DNA of 64,000 nucleotides, taken from NCBI RefSeq assembly GCF_009914755.1, contig NC_060926.1. The stretch is one strand, 5' to 3'. This DNA is from the human T2T-CHM13v2.0 reference genome, Homo sapiens. The notes beneath the pieces were generated by a model. It saw nothing but the letters and a program-made list of their open reading frames with translations, had not been told where the DNA came from and ran no database searches. The position numbers and the translations under genes were made by a program. This document shows positions 1 to 20,342 of the stretch, one piece after another. Every line of letters starts with the position of its first letter. Position 1 is the stretch's first letter.

Positions 1-901
1 TTAAATGAATGTGGCTCCCTCTTCTGGTGGAAAGCCTGAATCAATAATAAAATCATCTCAAAGGAGAAAAGGCGCTTAGCTTCTTCCTCTCCCGGCTCCA
101 GAAATATATGTCAACAAAATACCACTAACAAGTGAACCAGACAACAATAGATCCGCCGTAGTTCTCATATTCTGCAACCAAGGCTAAGTGGTGAAGAGAT
201 CCACAACTGAGATGCAGCAACAAGAGAAGAGAAAAAGAAATGGACTTTAGAGGGCTGGATCTCTTAAAAATAAGCCCTTCCTATAAATATATACATGGAT
301 ATAGGGAATGGAGAACTAATGCTGCTTTGGAAAACTACTGCTAACAGAATTCTTCTGGGGAACAAGTTAATAATGATAAAATGTCTATTTGACATCTTGA
401 TTTTTAGTGAGGTCAAATCTACAATATTAAAAGTATCTTCCATCACATTTCAGTAAGTCCTATGAAGACTCTGGACACTTTGAAAACACTTTTGTTTACT
501 AGAAATAATGACTTGAGCCCCAACTATATACCTATTTATCATTAAGCCAAAAATGTAGATAACCTTACAAATGGCGTAAAATATCTATACTTAAATAAAT
601 TCCAAAGCAAAGCAAACAAAAGTATATGTTGATAATGCACTATGCTGCTTCCTAAATAAATTCTAACAGGCTGAGGGTTATAGAGGCCTGAGAAATAAAC
701 ACGGAGAACAAAACAAATAACCCTAACACTCCAAACAGAGGAGCCCAGTTAGACTCCCACATTTTGTGTCCTAACACTTCATTGATTGTTAAATTATATT
801 CACTCCTGAATGACCCCAATGTTTCTGCATCACAAATCTTGCCACTTGCTGGAGGCTACAACCCATATCTTTTCTTTTTGAGACTGAGTTTATCATATCT
901 G

Positions 902-1402
<501 letters not shown>

Positions 1403-1750
1403 TATCATATCTTTATGGAAGGGTTTCAGTGCTGGAAGCAATGCACTGTGCTGTCAGGCAGAAGGTTCAGGTTCAGGAGCACTGAGGGCTGCATCCTCAA
1501 GCCAGGGGCAACCAGTAAAGACTCAGGTGAGATTATGTTTGATCTCTGAGGAGTGCCTGTCTCCTCATTCCCACGAAGATTAAGTAAAGTCTTTAGATTT
1601 GGGGATGGCAGGAGGTTGGGGTGGGATATTGCCAGAGACAACTTGATAGTGGTCATATTTTCTGTTCTTTCATATAAAGAGGTAGATTTCAACTCTGGGG
1701 GGAGCTGGAAGAAAGAAAATGGCTATGGAAATACTGAGCATCATTCATAT

Positions 1751-2185
1751 AGACAAAAAGTCTCTCCTTGACTGAACTCCACTCAGGTTATTTTGAACTT
1801 TTATCAATGAAGCCCTGACTTGTGAACTTTCATGTTCATCTCTCCATTGTTGATTTTGGCAAGAATCCTGCTAAGTCAGTTTAGACAGAATTCCCCAGCC
1901 TCCAAATCTGATCATCCTCCACCATCCCCCAGGTGATGATGTCTGATCACCCTGGCCTGTCTTCAGCAAGAATCCTGTTTGGCTGGTTTACCAGAATCCC
2001 CCCTTACCACCCACTGGTCCCCCTAACCCTGGCTCCTTTGCTATAAATTCCCACTTTTCCTTGTCGTATTCAGAATTGAGCCTGAATTGAGTTCTATACA
2101 GAGGCCTCTTGCTCCCATTGCAATACTCGAGTAAAATCTGTTTTTACTATTTTAACCATGGTCTAGCTCTGGCTTTTCTTTGACA
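1751..2185 (+). mobile_element. ERV1-class solo LTR, MER31/MER67-like
   Basis: Starts (t)agacaaaaagtctctccttgac, contains repeated aagaatcctg motifs and CTATAAA, ends ctttgaCA; 4-bp TSD ATAT (1747-1750 / 2186-2189). Confidence 0.7.
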
Positions 2186-2295
2186 ATATCCACATATGAC
2201 AGATTTACCAAAAATAAAATCTGTTTTTGCCATTTAGTCATGGTCTAGCTCTGGCTTTCTTTGACAATATCCACATATGACAGATTTACCAAAAA
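2132..2295 (+). repeat. Tandem duplication, 2 x ~82 bp, across the LTR 3' junction
   Basis: taaaatctgttttt...catggtctagctctggc...tgacaatatccacatatgacagatttaccaaaa occurs at 2132-2214 and 2215-2295. Confidence 0.95.
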
Positions 2296-2429
2296 TCTGG
2301 ACACTGGGATAGCTATAAACGACAGATATATGAGACATTTGGAAATCAGGAGAGGGGATAAACAGAATGGAGAGAAGGTAGAAAAATACATACGCTTTTT
2401 TTCCCCCAGTGATTAAAAACACAAACCTG

Positions 2430-3900
2430 GTACAATACCATTAACTGAATTAAAGTGTTTATTTGAATTTCATCAATTTTTCTCCTAATATTCTATCTCT
2501 GTTCCAGCATCCTATCCAGAATCCCATGTGGCATTTATGGCCATGTCTCCTTAGTCTCTTCTAAGCTGTAGCAGTTGCCAAGTCTTTCCTTGACTTTTAT
2601 GACCTTGATAAAATACCCTCCAGTTTGGGTTTTTCTGATGTTTCTCATTATTGGAATGAGGTTATACATTTTAGACAAGTATACTACAAGAAAAATATTA
2701 GTGTACCTTATCAAGAAGTTCATGGTGTCACTAGATCTTAATACTAGGGATGTTTATCTTGATGGCTTACTTGTAGTAGGCTCTACCAGGTCTCTCTACT
2801 GCAAAGTTACTATTTTCTCCTTGTATTTAACATATATCATGGAAGAGATACCTTGAGACTAGGCAAATTCTATTATTTCTCATACTTTCACCCACTAATT
2901 TTAGCATCCATCATTATGGACTCAAGGAAATTTATTTTATTCTACAGGCTAAAATCCATCACCGAGGTTAATTGCATTATTCATTTTCTTGCTCAAATTG
3001 TACCAGCTTTGGTTATTAAAAGCTCCTTTTAGGTTGCATTCTGTGTCCTTTTGAGAAATCCCCATCTATTTGGGAGGCATTTCCCTATTCTCAGGCACAA
3101 CAAAATATTCCAAGTAACATCTTTTTTTTTTTTTTCCCCCCTGCTCCAGCTTTGGAATCAACCATTTCTCCAAAGAGTCCCAGTTCATTTTACTCTACAA
3201 GAATGGTGTTTAGAAACCAAGATTGGTCTCTAGCTGTACTCTCTGTAATGAATAACCTCATGCGTGTTTACTTCTACACCACCGCAGATGCATCATGAGG
3301 GTAGATCCCTAAACCGAGACTGCCAAGTCCAAAGATGTAGGTAATCTTGTTAGATGTGACTAAATTTCCCTACAGAAGAATTGCACCAATTTGCATTAAG
3401 GCCAGCAATGTATGAGTGTCTGTTTTCCCACAGCATCACCAACAGAATGTGGTGTGATATTATTTAGTTTTCACCAGTCTGATAAGTGAGAAATGGTATC
3501 TCCATGGTTTTTAAATTTACAGTTCTCTAACTACTGAACTTTTTTTTCATATGCCCAGGGGTCATCTGTATATAACTTTTGTGAATCATATGTGCATGTC
3601 TCCTTCCCATAATTGGGTTTTTCTATTGGATCCTTGAACCTAAGATTTTAAGGGTTTAATACCATAGACATGTTAACCCTTTCTTGTGATATATGTTGCA
3701 AATACACATTTTTTTGCCCTAGTTTGTCTGTTGTCTTTTGACTTTATAGTATTTTTTCATGCAATTTTTTAGAGTTTTTATATAAAATCCATCAGTCTTT
3801 TGTTGCATCCAGATTTGAGTCATAATTAGAACGTTTTTCTGTACTAGGATTAGAGAGGAATCCAGCTATGTTTTCTTTGGAATTCTTCTGTCTTTTCCTC
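2430..3900 (-). mobile_element. Ancient L1M (L1MC/L1ME-type) 3' fragments
   Basis: Degenerate antisense L1 3'UTR and ORF2-end motifs (ccagcaatgtatgagtgtctgttttccca, gagaaatggtatctc, tatatgttgcaaat). Confidence 0.65.
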
Positions 3901-5582
3901 TAGTACTTAGTTTCATGTACTGTTCTTCACAGTGATTTGAAGTAACAGATTTTTTTTTGGTGGTGATTTCAAAGCTGTCAGGGTTATCCAAAACTTTCTG
4001 AGAATTGCTTTAATATCTGTACTCCTACTTAGACCAAGGCTAACTCCAATAGTATATATTTCACTTGGAGTCACTAGTAAGAAGGAATTATTTGATTGAA
4101 GAATTATAATCCTATCTCTTCTGTTCCATGTCTGCCTCTGTCTCTTACTCTCTCGCCCCACAGATGGGAAACTAGAATTCAAATGATAAGCCTAATTGGG
4201 TTAGGAGCCACCATGGAATAATTCCCAACAGCCCATTCTTTATTTGAGGGTACACTCTCAGCTCCATATACCAACCTTCATTGTGAAGGATGAAGGCCAG
4301 AAACCACGGTAAATCCATTCATAGGACTTGCTTCCCCATTATTAGCACCATCTGAGTCTGTTAAAAATCTTAACTAGGAGTTTAATTTCTCTACAGAGGG
4401 CTTTAAATTAATTAGGGATGTACATGCTAACAAAGAGCCTGATGCATCCATAAATCAATCTGGGGTAGGAGGACTAGTCAGGGAGGATCGTCTATTCAGT
4501 GGAGACCGCATATCCAGCATCCCTGTTGGGTTCCCAACAAAAGGGTGCAGGTGTGGAATAGGCCACTGTGACAAGGAAGCCCCAATAATTATTTTGCATC
4601 ACTTAAGCCACAGCAGGTAATATGGCAAATCAAAGTCCCAGGCGCTCACCAAGTGAAACCCATGTTGTCATGAAAAGCCACATCATATCACTTTAACCTC
4701 TATAAATGAATTGCCATAACACTGTGATTTATTTTATACCAAGCCTAAGAATTAAAAGGGCATTGATCAAAATGATCTCCTTTTTCCCCTTTTGTTAAGA
4801 ATAGAAAGTAACAGATGGAACCACTTTTTTTTTTAATGTGCTGAACATTATTTAGAACAACCTTGGAAATTGCTGGTGTCTTTTATTAAATATACTTGCT
4901 TTAAGGTTTACGCTCACATACAATTATGTTCTTTGGATAGAATGTTACTTATATTCCATTAGTTAAACACAGCACTCATTTGAAATCCACTTTAAAACTG
5001 CGTAACAACAACTCCCAATATTCAAATACTTCCATGTGCTAGTAACCTGGTTTCTAGTCTTTGATTAGCAAACATCTGATGAACAAAAGCAACCATGGAT
5101 CCTTTTAAAACAATTTTGTATTTTATTTGCCATAATATCATCTATATCTATATGACAGTCATGAGTGTATGTGAATCAAACAAAACTTTTTTAAAAATCT
5201 ATAAACAATGCCTAGTTTCAGTGTGGTTACAGTCTCTCTTGCAGGAATTTCTTTGTCCATCTAAACTATTCAGACTCCACCCCACTTCCCCAACTTTAGG
5301 GTTCTGAAGTCCATATGCTAGAAAAGCAAATACATTTAATTCCATATAGGGAATATTCTATAATTAATCCCTCTTTAAGCTAAAAATGTGTTATTACATA
5401 AGCCCTCACTAATAAAGTTAAGAAATCAGTGATTTTAAAATATGAAGCCCAAAAAGTCTCATGATGACATCTCAAAAGTTATCACTGATTTAAGCTACAT
5501 TATCCAGGCGGCAGATATTTAAGTTTAGAAATACTGGAGTCAACACTCTAAGAATTTTAGCGACACAGGAGGTTTTGTTTTC

Positions 5583-5604
5583 TATATATATATATATATA
5601 TATA
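5583..5604. repeat. (TA)n microsatellite
   Basis: Direct read. Confidence 0.95.
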
Positions 5605-6620
5605 CTCAAGAAACTTCTGTAAAATGCATGTTTTCCATCTCTCCATCCGTGATCACAGCGTTGTAAGGCTTACAATGACTCAGGCCCTACAGAGTTCACA
5701 GACATGGCAAGCAAAGAAAAGAAAACGAAAAAAGGAACACTCTGTACAAAAGATGAGAGATTTAATCACATTCCCTATACTGAAGGCCCTGGACCAAACC
5801 ATGAAGATGAATGTGGGGGTGTGGGGAGGGGATCCAGTAATGTACTGTCCAAGCCATTCATGTGCAACCCCGCACAGCTTCACTTTACCCCCTTAAACCA
5901 CACAGATGTTCTCAGAATGCAAACATGGATTACTGCCAGCCATGTTAAATAACCCTTATCCCATATCCTGACCTAAGCTCTCACCCCAACTGTTTGGCTA
6001 CTTTCATACCACAGGTTTGTAAAACTGTGGTCTATATCTGAGGTCTCCACTCCTACACCAGATATTTTCTAGTCGAGACTTCCATACTAGGGAGGCTATC
6101 ATGAGGCACCCCAACAACACCCATGGGAGTGGTATCAGGGAAGGCCATGAAGGGAGCCAGGACTTCCATCACTGCCAGGTGGTAATGAGCTCCCCATCCC
6201 CACAATGTAAGTGGAGACCACCTGGGAAGTCTGGACTTCCACCTCTACCCAGCAGTAATGAAGCATCAGCCCACCCCCAACAATTCCCCGCTGGGGTGGT
6301 GTGAGAGGAGGCCTGGTGGAGAGGCAGGATTTCATCAATGCTGAGTGGCAAGGAGGCTGCCTACCTCTCCTGTCAACGTAGGCCAAGTGGATGACAATAG
6401 CAAGGCCCTTCTTCCCATCCCAATAGGGGTGCAGGGTAGCTGTGGAAGCCTAGTAGGGAGCCAGAAGTCCCACACCTGCCCAGCAGAAGTTCCCCTTTGG
6501 TATCAATGGAGGCTGATAAAGAACCTGGACTAGTTTCCCAAACTGGCAGTAACTAGGCAGATCCTCCCTTTTCTCCTACTGGAGATGTAGCAATGCATGC
6601 CAGGCAGAGCAGAAGGTTTA

Positions 6621-7274
<654 letters not shown>

Positions 7275-7291
7275 CTAATATAAACCAGCAG

Positions 7292-7586
<295 letters not shown>

Positions 7587-7819
7587 CAGGTTGAGTATAC
7601 CTTATTTAAAAGGCTTGGAACCAGAATTGTTTCAGATTTGGTTTTTTTTTTTTTTTGGATTTTGCAGTTTGTATTACACTTACCAGTTGAACATCCCTAA
7701 CCCAGAAATTCAAAATGCTCCAACAAGCATTTCCTTTAGGTGGTATGTTGGCACTCAAAAAGTTTTGAATTTTGGAGCATTTTCAATTAAGGATTTTAGG
7801 AATAGGGATGTTTAACCTA
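7587..7819 (+). mobile_element. Tigger4a/MER46-type DNA transposon fossil
   Basis: Terminal inverted repeats caggttgagtat... and ...agggatgtttaacct; internal gcactcaaaaagttttgaattttggagcattt. Confidence 0.85.
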
Positions 7820-8728
7820 TACTCCAAAAGTCCAGGTTTCAATTAAAAAAAAATCACTCATAAAACAAAAAACCAAGATCTCTAAGTGAATGGAAAAAGA
7901 CAATCAATAGATGACAACGAGAAGACAGGGATGTTTGAATTATCTGATGCAGATTTTAAAGCAGTTGTGATTAAAATGCTTCAATGAATAGTAATGAACA
8001 TGTTTAACAAGTAAAAACCAGAAATCCTTAGCAAAGAAATACAAAGTCTTAGCAAAGAAATTAAAGATATAAACAAGAACTAAAAGAAAATTTAGTACTG
8101 AAAAATTCAGTAGCCAAAATATGCAAGTCAATGAGTGGGCTCAATCGTAGCATGGAGGTGCAGTGAACTTCACAGACAAAAGAAAATACACAGTCTGAAT
8201 GAAAGAGAGAAATTCAACTGAAAAAAAGGAATAATGAACAGTGTCTCAGGAATGTGTAGGAATGAAACAGAGGGTTTCAGATTTACGTCCTCAGAGTTTT
8301 TGAGGAAGAGAAAAGAGACTGAAAAAGAATTCAAAGAAAGAATAGATAAAAAAAAATCAAATTTGACAAAATACATACAGATTTAAGAAACAGAGTAAAC
8401 CCCAAACAGGTAAACCCAGCGAACTCTGTGCCAAGACAAACCATCGTCAAGCTTCTGAGAATGAAAGACAAAGGAAGTCTTGAAAGCAGTGAGGGAGGAA
8501 TGACACCATACCTACAGGGTAAAACACTTGCATTAGGAATCTTGGAGGGCAGAAGGAAGTGGCACACCATTTTTCAAATGCTGAAAAAAAAAGAATGCCA
8601 ATCCCAGAATCCTATACCCAGTCAAAGTATCCCTCAGTAATGAAGGAGAAATCAAGACATCTCAAATAAAGGAAAACTCAAGAAAATCTGTTGCCAGTAG
8701 ACTTATCCTAAAAGAATGATTAAAGACG

Positions 8729-9052
<324 letters not shown>

Positions 9053-9093
9053 TAAAGAAAGTTTTCTAAATAAAAACAGAAATGATAAAGAAG

Positions 9094-9420
9094 TAACCAA
9101 CTCAAAACAGATTAAAGATACAAATATAAGACCTGAAACCATAACACTCCTAGAAGAAAATATAGGGGAAAAGTTCCTTGATATTGGTTTGGCAACAATG
9201 TTTTTAATATCAGGCAACAAAAGCAAGCAAATGAGGCTATATCGAACTGAAAAGCTTCTACACAGCAAAGGAAACAATGAACAAAATTAAAAGGTGGCCT
9301 ATGGACTGGGAGAAAATATTTGCAAACTATGTATCTAATAAGGGATTAAAATCCAAAATATATAAGAAATAAAATAAAAATAAATAAAAACCTATGATGC
9401 TTATTTACACATACACACTC
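9094..9420 (+). mobile_element. Internal L1 ORF2 fragment with A-rich end, inserted in the L1MC
   Basis: Peptide IKDTNIRPETITLLEENIGEKFLDIG; flanked by AAGAAG at 9088-9093 and 9421-9426. Confidence 0.7.
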
Positions 9421-9927
9421 AAGAAGGAATCTTGGAACATCGGGGGAAAGAAAGAACATGGTAAGAAAAAATATAAATAAATATAATGGGTTTTTATTCT
9501 CATGAGTTTCTAAATTATATTTCACAACTGAAGCAAAAACAACACTATGTGATATGGTTCTAAATGTGTGTCAAGGAAATCTTTAAGACATTTACATTAT
9601 AAGCAGGACAGGTAAAAGGGACAAAGATTTCTGTACTTTACTTGAACTGGTAAAATGATGACACTGATATACTTCTTAGTTATGTATATATAATGTAATA
9701 CTTAAAGGATCCACTAGAAAAGCTACATAAACCGATACACTAAAAAATACTCTAAATACATCAAAACAGAATCCTAAAACATGTTTACATGCAAGGAAAA
9801 AAAGCACAGAAATGAAAAACGGAGGGAAAAATGGAAGGCAATAAATAAAATGACAGACTTGAATTGTAATACATCAATAATTCCATTGAAAGTAAATGAT
9901 CTAAATGTGCTAATTAAAATCATATTT

Positions 9928-10276
<349 letters not shown>

Positions 10277-12364
10277 CTATCTACAAAAAACTCACTTAAA
10301 ATAATATAATGATATAGATAGGGTTAAAAGTAAAAGGACGAAAAAAGATATATCACACTAACATTACTCCAAAGAAAGCTAGAGTGACTATATTAATATC
10401 AGGTAGACTTCAGAGCAAAGAAAGTGACAAGAGAGGTACATCATAAAATTATAAAATGGTCTATTCACCAAGAAGACATAGTAATCATTAATGTGCACCA
10501 ATCAAGAGCTGGAAAATATGTGAAATGGAACTGAAAGAACTGAAAGGAGTAATAGACAAATACACAATTATAGTTGTAGACTTCAACACTCTTCTCCCAA
10601 CAACTGATAGACCAACTACACAGAAAATCAGCAGGATACACAACAATAGCATTAACCAACAAATAGGATCTATTCAACATTTATGGAACAGTCTACCCAA
10701 TGTAATTAATACAAAAGTACATAAAATACACTAAAGAAATTCAATGCACATCTTTTCTGAGTGCCCAGGGAACATTTGCCAAGATAGACCATATCCTGAG
10801 CCATAAAAAACTCAGCAAATATTAAAAATTTGAAATCATACGGACTGTGTTCTCCAACCACAATGGGATTAAACTTCGAATAAAAAATAAGAGACCAGTA
10901 AAATATCCAAACACTTGAAATTAAACAGCACACTTCTAAATAATTTATGTGTCAAACAAGTCTCAAGTGAAATAAAAAATACATTTGACTGAATAAAAAT
11001 GAATATATGACATATCAGAATTTGTGGGATACAACTAAAGCAATGCCATGAGGGAAATTTATAGCACTAGATTCATACATTGGAAGAGAAGTCTCAAATC
11101 AGTAATGTAAGTTCCCAACTCAAAAACAGAAAAAGAACAACTAAATCCAAAGATGTAGAAGAAAGGAATGAATAAATATAAGAGCAGAAATCAATGAAAC
11201 TGGAAACAAAAGCAATAAATAAAATAAATGAAAGTAAGAGCAGATTCTTGAAAAGTTCAATCAAGTTGACAAATTTCTAGCAAGATTGCAAAGGAAAAAA
11301 GAGAAAAGACACAAATTACCAATAGTAGGAAGAAAACAGGAGCTATCACTACAGACACAGCAGATATCAAAAGGATAGTAAGAAAATACTATGAACAACA
11401 CTGCATACATAAATTTGACAACTTTGATGAAATGGGTCATTTCCTTCAAAAACACAAACTACCATAACTCACCCAATAAGAAACAGATAATTTCCATGAC
11501 CCTGTTAATAATATTAAGAAAATTCAATTTATAATTTAAAAATCCACACACAAAAGAAATCTCCAGGCACAGATGGTTTCACTAGAGAAATCTACAAAAT
11601 GCTTAAAGAAGAATTAACACCAATTTTATACAATCTCTTTCAGAAAATACAACAAGAGGGAATACTTCCCAATTCATTTTATAAAATTAGTATTACCCTG
11701 ATACTAAAACGAGATAAAGGCAAATAAAAAAACTACAAATCAACATCCCTCATAAATGTTAATGCAAAACTCATTACCAGCACACTAAGAAACAGAATTC
11801 AGTAATACATAAAAAGAATTATGACCAAATAGAATTCATCAGAGGGACATGAGAATGGAAAAAAATATCCATCTTATCAACAGTCTAAAAAAATCAACAT
11901 CAATTGATGTGGGAAAAAGCATTTGACAAACTTCAGCCCATTCATGATGAAAACTTTCAGAAAAATGGGAATGGAGGGGAACTTCCTCAGTTAAAGAGCA
12001 CTGGCCAAAAACCAAACAAACAAACACCTTACAAACTACAGATAAATGGTGAAAAAAGACTGAAAGTTTTCTCACAAATAATGAGAACAAGGTTAGACTG
12101 TCCACTTTCACTAATTTTGTTCAACATAATGCTGAAAGATCTAGCCATTGCAATCAGGCAAGAAAGCAAACTGAAGTCATACAGGTTAGGAAGAAATAAA
12201 CTTTCTATTTTCAGAAGACATTGTCTATATAAAAAATCCCAAGGAATCTACAAAACCTCCTAAAATTAATAACTATATCTCACAGAATCATAGGATACAA
12301 GATTAGCACCCAAAAATCTACTGTATTTCTATATATTATCAGCAAGTATGTGCAAAACAAAATT

Positions 12365-15300
12365 TATATTTTTATTTTTATTTTTTTTCTACTTTTGTGT
12401 TACATTCAGAGTGTACACGTGCAGGGTTTTTACATGGGCATATTGTGTGATGCTGAATTTTCAGGTATGAATAATCCTGTCACCCAAGTAGTGAGCACAG
12501 TACCCAACAGGTAGTTTGTTAGCCCACTCACCCTTCCTCCCTGCTCTAGTAGTCCCCAGTGTCTATTGTTCTCATCTTTACATCCATCTGTACTCAATTT
12601 TTAACTCCCACCTATAAGTGAAAACACACCATACTTGGTTTTCTGTTCCTGTGTTAATTAGTTTATGATAATGGCCTCCAGCTCCATCCATGTTGCTTCA
12701 AAAAAACATGATTTTGTTCATTTTTATGGTTGTGTAGTATTCTACGGTGTATATGTATCATCTTTTCTTTATCCAATCCACCACTGATGGACACTTAGGT
12801 TGGTTCCATGTCTTCGTTATTGTGAATAGTGCTGTGACTAACATATGAATGCATGTGTCTTTTTGGTAGAACAATTTATATTCCTTTGGGTGTATACCCA
12901 GTAATCGGATTGCGGGGTCCAATGGCAATCTGTTTTATGTTCTTTGGGAAATCTGTAAACTGCTTTCCACAGGGACTGAACTAATATGCATTCACACTAA
13001 CAGTGTATAAGTGTTCCCTTTTCTCAACAACCCCTCCAACATCTGTTATTTTTTGACTTTTAAATAGTAGCCATTCTGACTGGTGTGAGATGGTATCTTA
13101 CTGTGGTTTTGACTTGCATTTCTCTGATGACTAGTGATATTGAACATCTTTTCATGTTTGTTGGCTGCTTCCATGTATTCTTTTGAGAAGTGTCTATTCA
13201 TGTTCTTTGCCCACTTTTTAAGGGGTTGGTTTGTATTTTGCTTGTTAATTTGTTTAAGTTTCTTATAGATTCTGGATATTAGACCTTCGTCAGATGCATA
13301 GTTTGCAAATATCTTCTCCCAACATACAGGTTTTCTGTTTACTCTGTTGAAAGTTTATTTTGCTATGCAGAAGCTCTTTAGTTAAGTCTCATTTGCCTAT
13401 TTTTTATTTTGTTGCTTTTGCTTTTGGGGTCTTCATCTTAAATTCATTGCCTAGACCACTATCTACAAGAGTATTTGCTAGGATTTCTTCTAGAATTTTT
13501 ATAGTTTGAATTCACACATTTAAGTCTTTTGTCCATCTTGTGTTAATTTCTGTATAGGATGAGAGCTAGGGGTCCAATTTCATTCTTCTGCGTATGGCTA
13601 GCCAGCTATTCCAGCATCATGTATTGAATAGGATTCCTTTCCCTATTGCTTATTTTTTGTCAACTTTGTCAAAGATCAGATGGTTATAGGTGTGCAGCTT
13701 TATTTCAGTGTTTTCTATTCTTTCTCACTGGTCTATGTGTCTGCTTTTGCACCAGTACCACGGTGTTTTGGTTACTGTGGCACTATAGTATAGTTTGAAG
13801 TTGGGTAATGTAATACCTCCAGCTATGCTTCTTTTGCTCCAGAATTCTTTGACTATTTATGCTCTTTTTTGGTTCCATATACATTTTAGAATAGTTTTTT
13901 TTTCTATTTCTGTGAAAAATGACATTAGTATTTTGACAGAAACAGCACTGAACCTATAAATTGCTTTGGGCAGTATGGCCAACTGTAATAATATTGATTT
14001 TTCTGATCCATAAGCATAAAATATTTTTCCATATATTTGTGTGATCCCTGATTTCTTTCATCAGTGTTTTATAGTTCTCCTTTAGTGATCTTTCACCTCC
14101 TTAGCTGTATTCCTCGATACTTCATTTTTTATGGCTATTTTGTAAATGGGGTTGTATTCTTGATTTGGTTCTCAGCTAGAATATTATTAGTGTAAAGAAA
14201 TGCCAGCAATTTTTTACACTAATTTTGTACCCTGAAACTCTATTGATGTAATTTATCAGTTCTGGGAGCCTTTTGGTAGAATCTTTAGGGCTTTCTAGGT
14301 ATAGAACCATATCGTCAGTGAAGAGAGATAGTTTGACTTCTTCTTTTCCTATCTGGATGCCTTTTTATTTCTTTCTCTTGCCTGATTCCTCTGGCTAGGA
14401 CTTCCAGTCCTATATTGAATAGGAGTGGTAAGAGTAAGCATCTTTGTCTTGTTCCGTTCCTCAAGGAGAATGCATCCAGCTCTTGCTTGTTCAGTATGAT
14501 GTTGGCTGTAGGTTTGTCATAAATGGCTCTTATTATATTGAGGTATGTTCCTTCGATGCCTAGTCTGTTGAGGGTTTTTATCATGAAGTGATGTTGGATT
14601 TTGTTTAAGGCTTTTTAGGTGATTAAGATAATCATATAGTTTTTGCTTTTTGTTTTTATGTGATGAATCATGCTTATTGATTTGCTTATGTTGAACCAAC
14701 CTTGCATCTCAGGAATAAAGCCTACTTGATCATAGTGAATTAACTTTTTGATGTGCAGCTGAATTTGGTTTGTTAATATTTTGTTGAGGATTTTTGCATC
14801 TATGTTCATCAGGGATATCGGCCTGCGGTTTTCTGTTTTCACTGTGTCTCTGCAAGGTTTTAGTATCAGGATGATGCTGGCTTCGAAGAATGAGTTAGGG
14901 AGAAGCCCCTGCTCCTCAATTTTTTGGAATAGTTCTAGTAAGACTGGTACAAGTTTTTGTACTTCTGGTAGAATTCGGCTATGACTCAATCTGGTCCAGG
15001 GCTCTTTTGAGTTGGTAGATTTTTTACCACTGATTCAATTTTGGTGCTTGTTATTGGTCTCTTCAGATTTTCACTTTTTTCCTGGTTCAATCTTGGGAGG
15101 CTGTGTGTTTCCAGGAATTTATTCGTTTCCTCTAGATTTTCTAATACGTGTGCAGAGAGGTGTTCACAATACTCTCTGAGGATCTTTTGTATTTCTGTGA
15201 GATTAATTGTAATGTCATCTGTGTCATTTCTGATTACACTTATTTGGACAATATAATTTTTCTTCTTTGTTAACCTAGCTAGCAGTCTGTCAATCTTGTT

Positions 15301-15772
15301 TATTCTTTTGAAGAACTAGCTCTTGGTTTCACTCTTTCTTTTTTACAATTTTTTTTGCATCTTAATTTCATTCAGTTCTTCTCTGATTTTAGTTACATCT
15401 TTTCCTCTGCAAGCTTTGGGTTTGGTTTGTTCCTCTTTCCTAGTTTCCTACTGCCATGTCAGATTGTTAATTTGAGATTTTTCTAACTTCTTGATGAAGG
15501 TGTTTAATGCTATAAACTTTCCTCTTATCATTGCTTTAGCTGAGTCCCAAAGATTTTCATAAGTTGTGTCTCTATTTTCATTAATTTTAAATAAAGTTTT
15601 TTGTTTCTGCTTTAACTTTGATTTTCACCCAAGAGTTATTCAGGAGTAGGTTAATTTCCAGGCTTTTGTATAGTTTTGAGAGATCTTCTTTGTACTGACC
15701 AAGAACACTGTTGTACTGTGTTCTGAGAGTGAGCCTGATGCAATATAGATTTTTAAAAATTTATTGATACTT
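12365..15772 (-). mobile_element. 5'-truncated older primate L1 (L1PA13-16-like), 3'UTR plus ORF2
   Basis: T-rich tail, 3'UTR motif gggcatattgtgtgatgctga...cacccaagtagtgagcacagtacccaacagg; minus-strand ORF2 peptides ([17 protein letters not shown]; [15 protein letters not shown]). Confidence 0.9.
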
Positions 15773-15826
15773 GGAAAGCACAATGTAAAAGACAATGCCA
15801 TTTATAATCACACAAAAAATTAAAAT

Positions 15827-15945
15827 CCAGGCATGCTGGCATGCATCTGCAATCCCAGCTACTTTGGAAGCTATAGTGGGAAGATCCCTTGAACCCAGGA
15901 GTTTGAGACCCACATGGGCAAATTACTGCGACCCCATATATAAGT
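15827..15945 (+). mobile_element. Alu monomer (FLAM/FRAM-like)
   Basis: caggcatgctggcatgcatctgcaatcccagctact...cccaggagtttgagacc. Confidence 0.75.
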
Positions 15946-16149
15946 ATACAATAAATATTTAGATGTCAAGCTAACAAAACATATATAAGATTGTATGCCA
16001 AAACTATACAATGATAATTAGATAAATCAAAGATAATCTAAATAAGTGAACAGAAAGAACATACTTATGGATTGGAAGACTTAAAGATGTCAATTTTCCC
16101 AAATTGATATTTAAATTTAATGCCATTTCTATAAAATTTCCAGTGAGAT

Positions 16150-20342
<4,193 letters not shown>

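Noticed and set aside
5640-5740. Minus-strand pyrimidine tract and AG resembling an acceptor
   Set aside because: No convincing paired donor or NCKAP5-like peptide.
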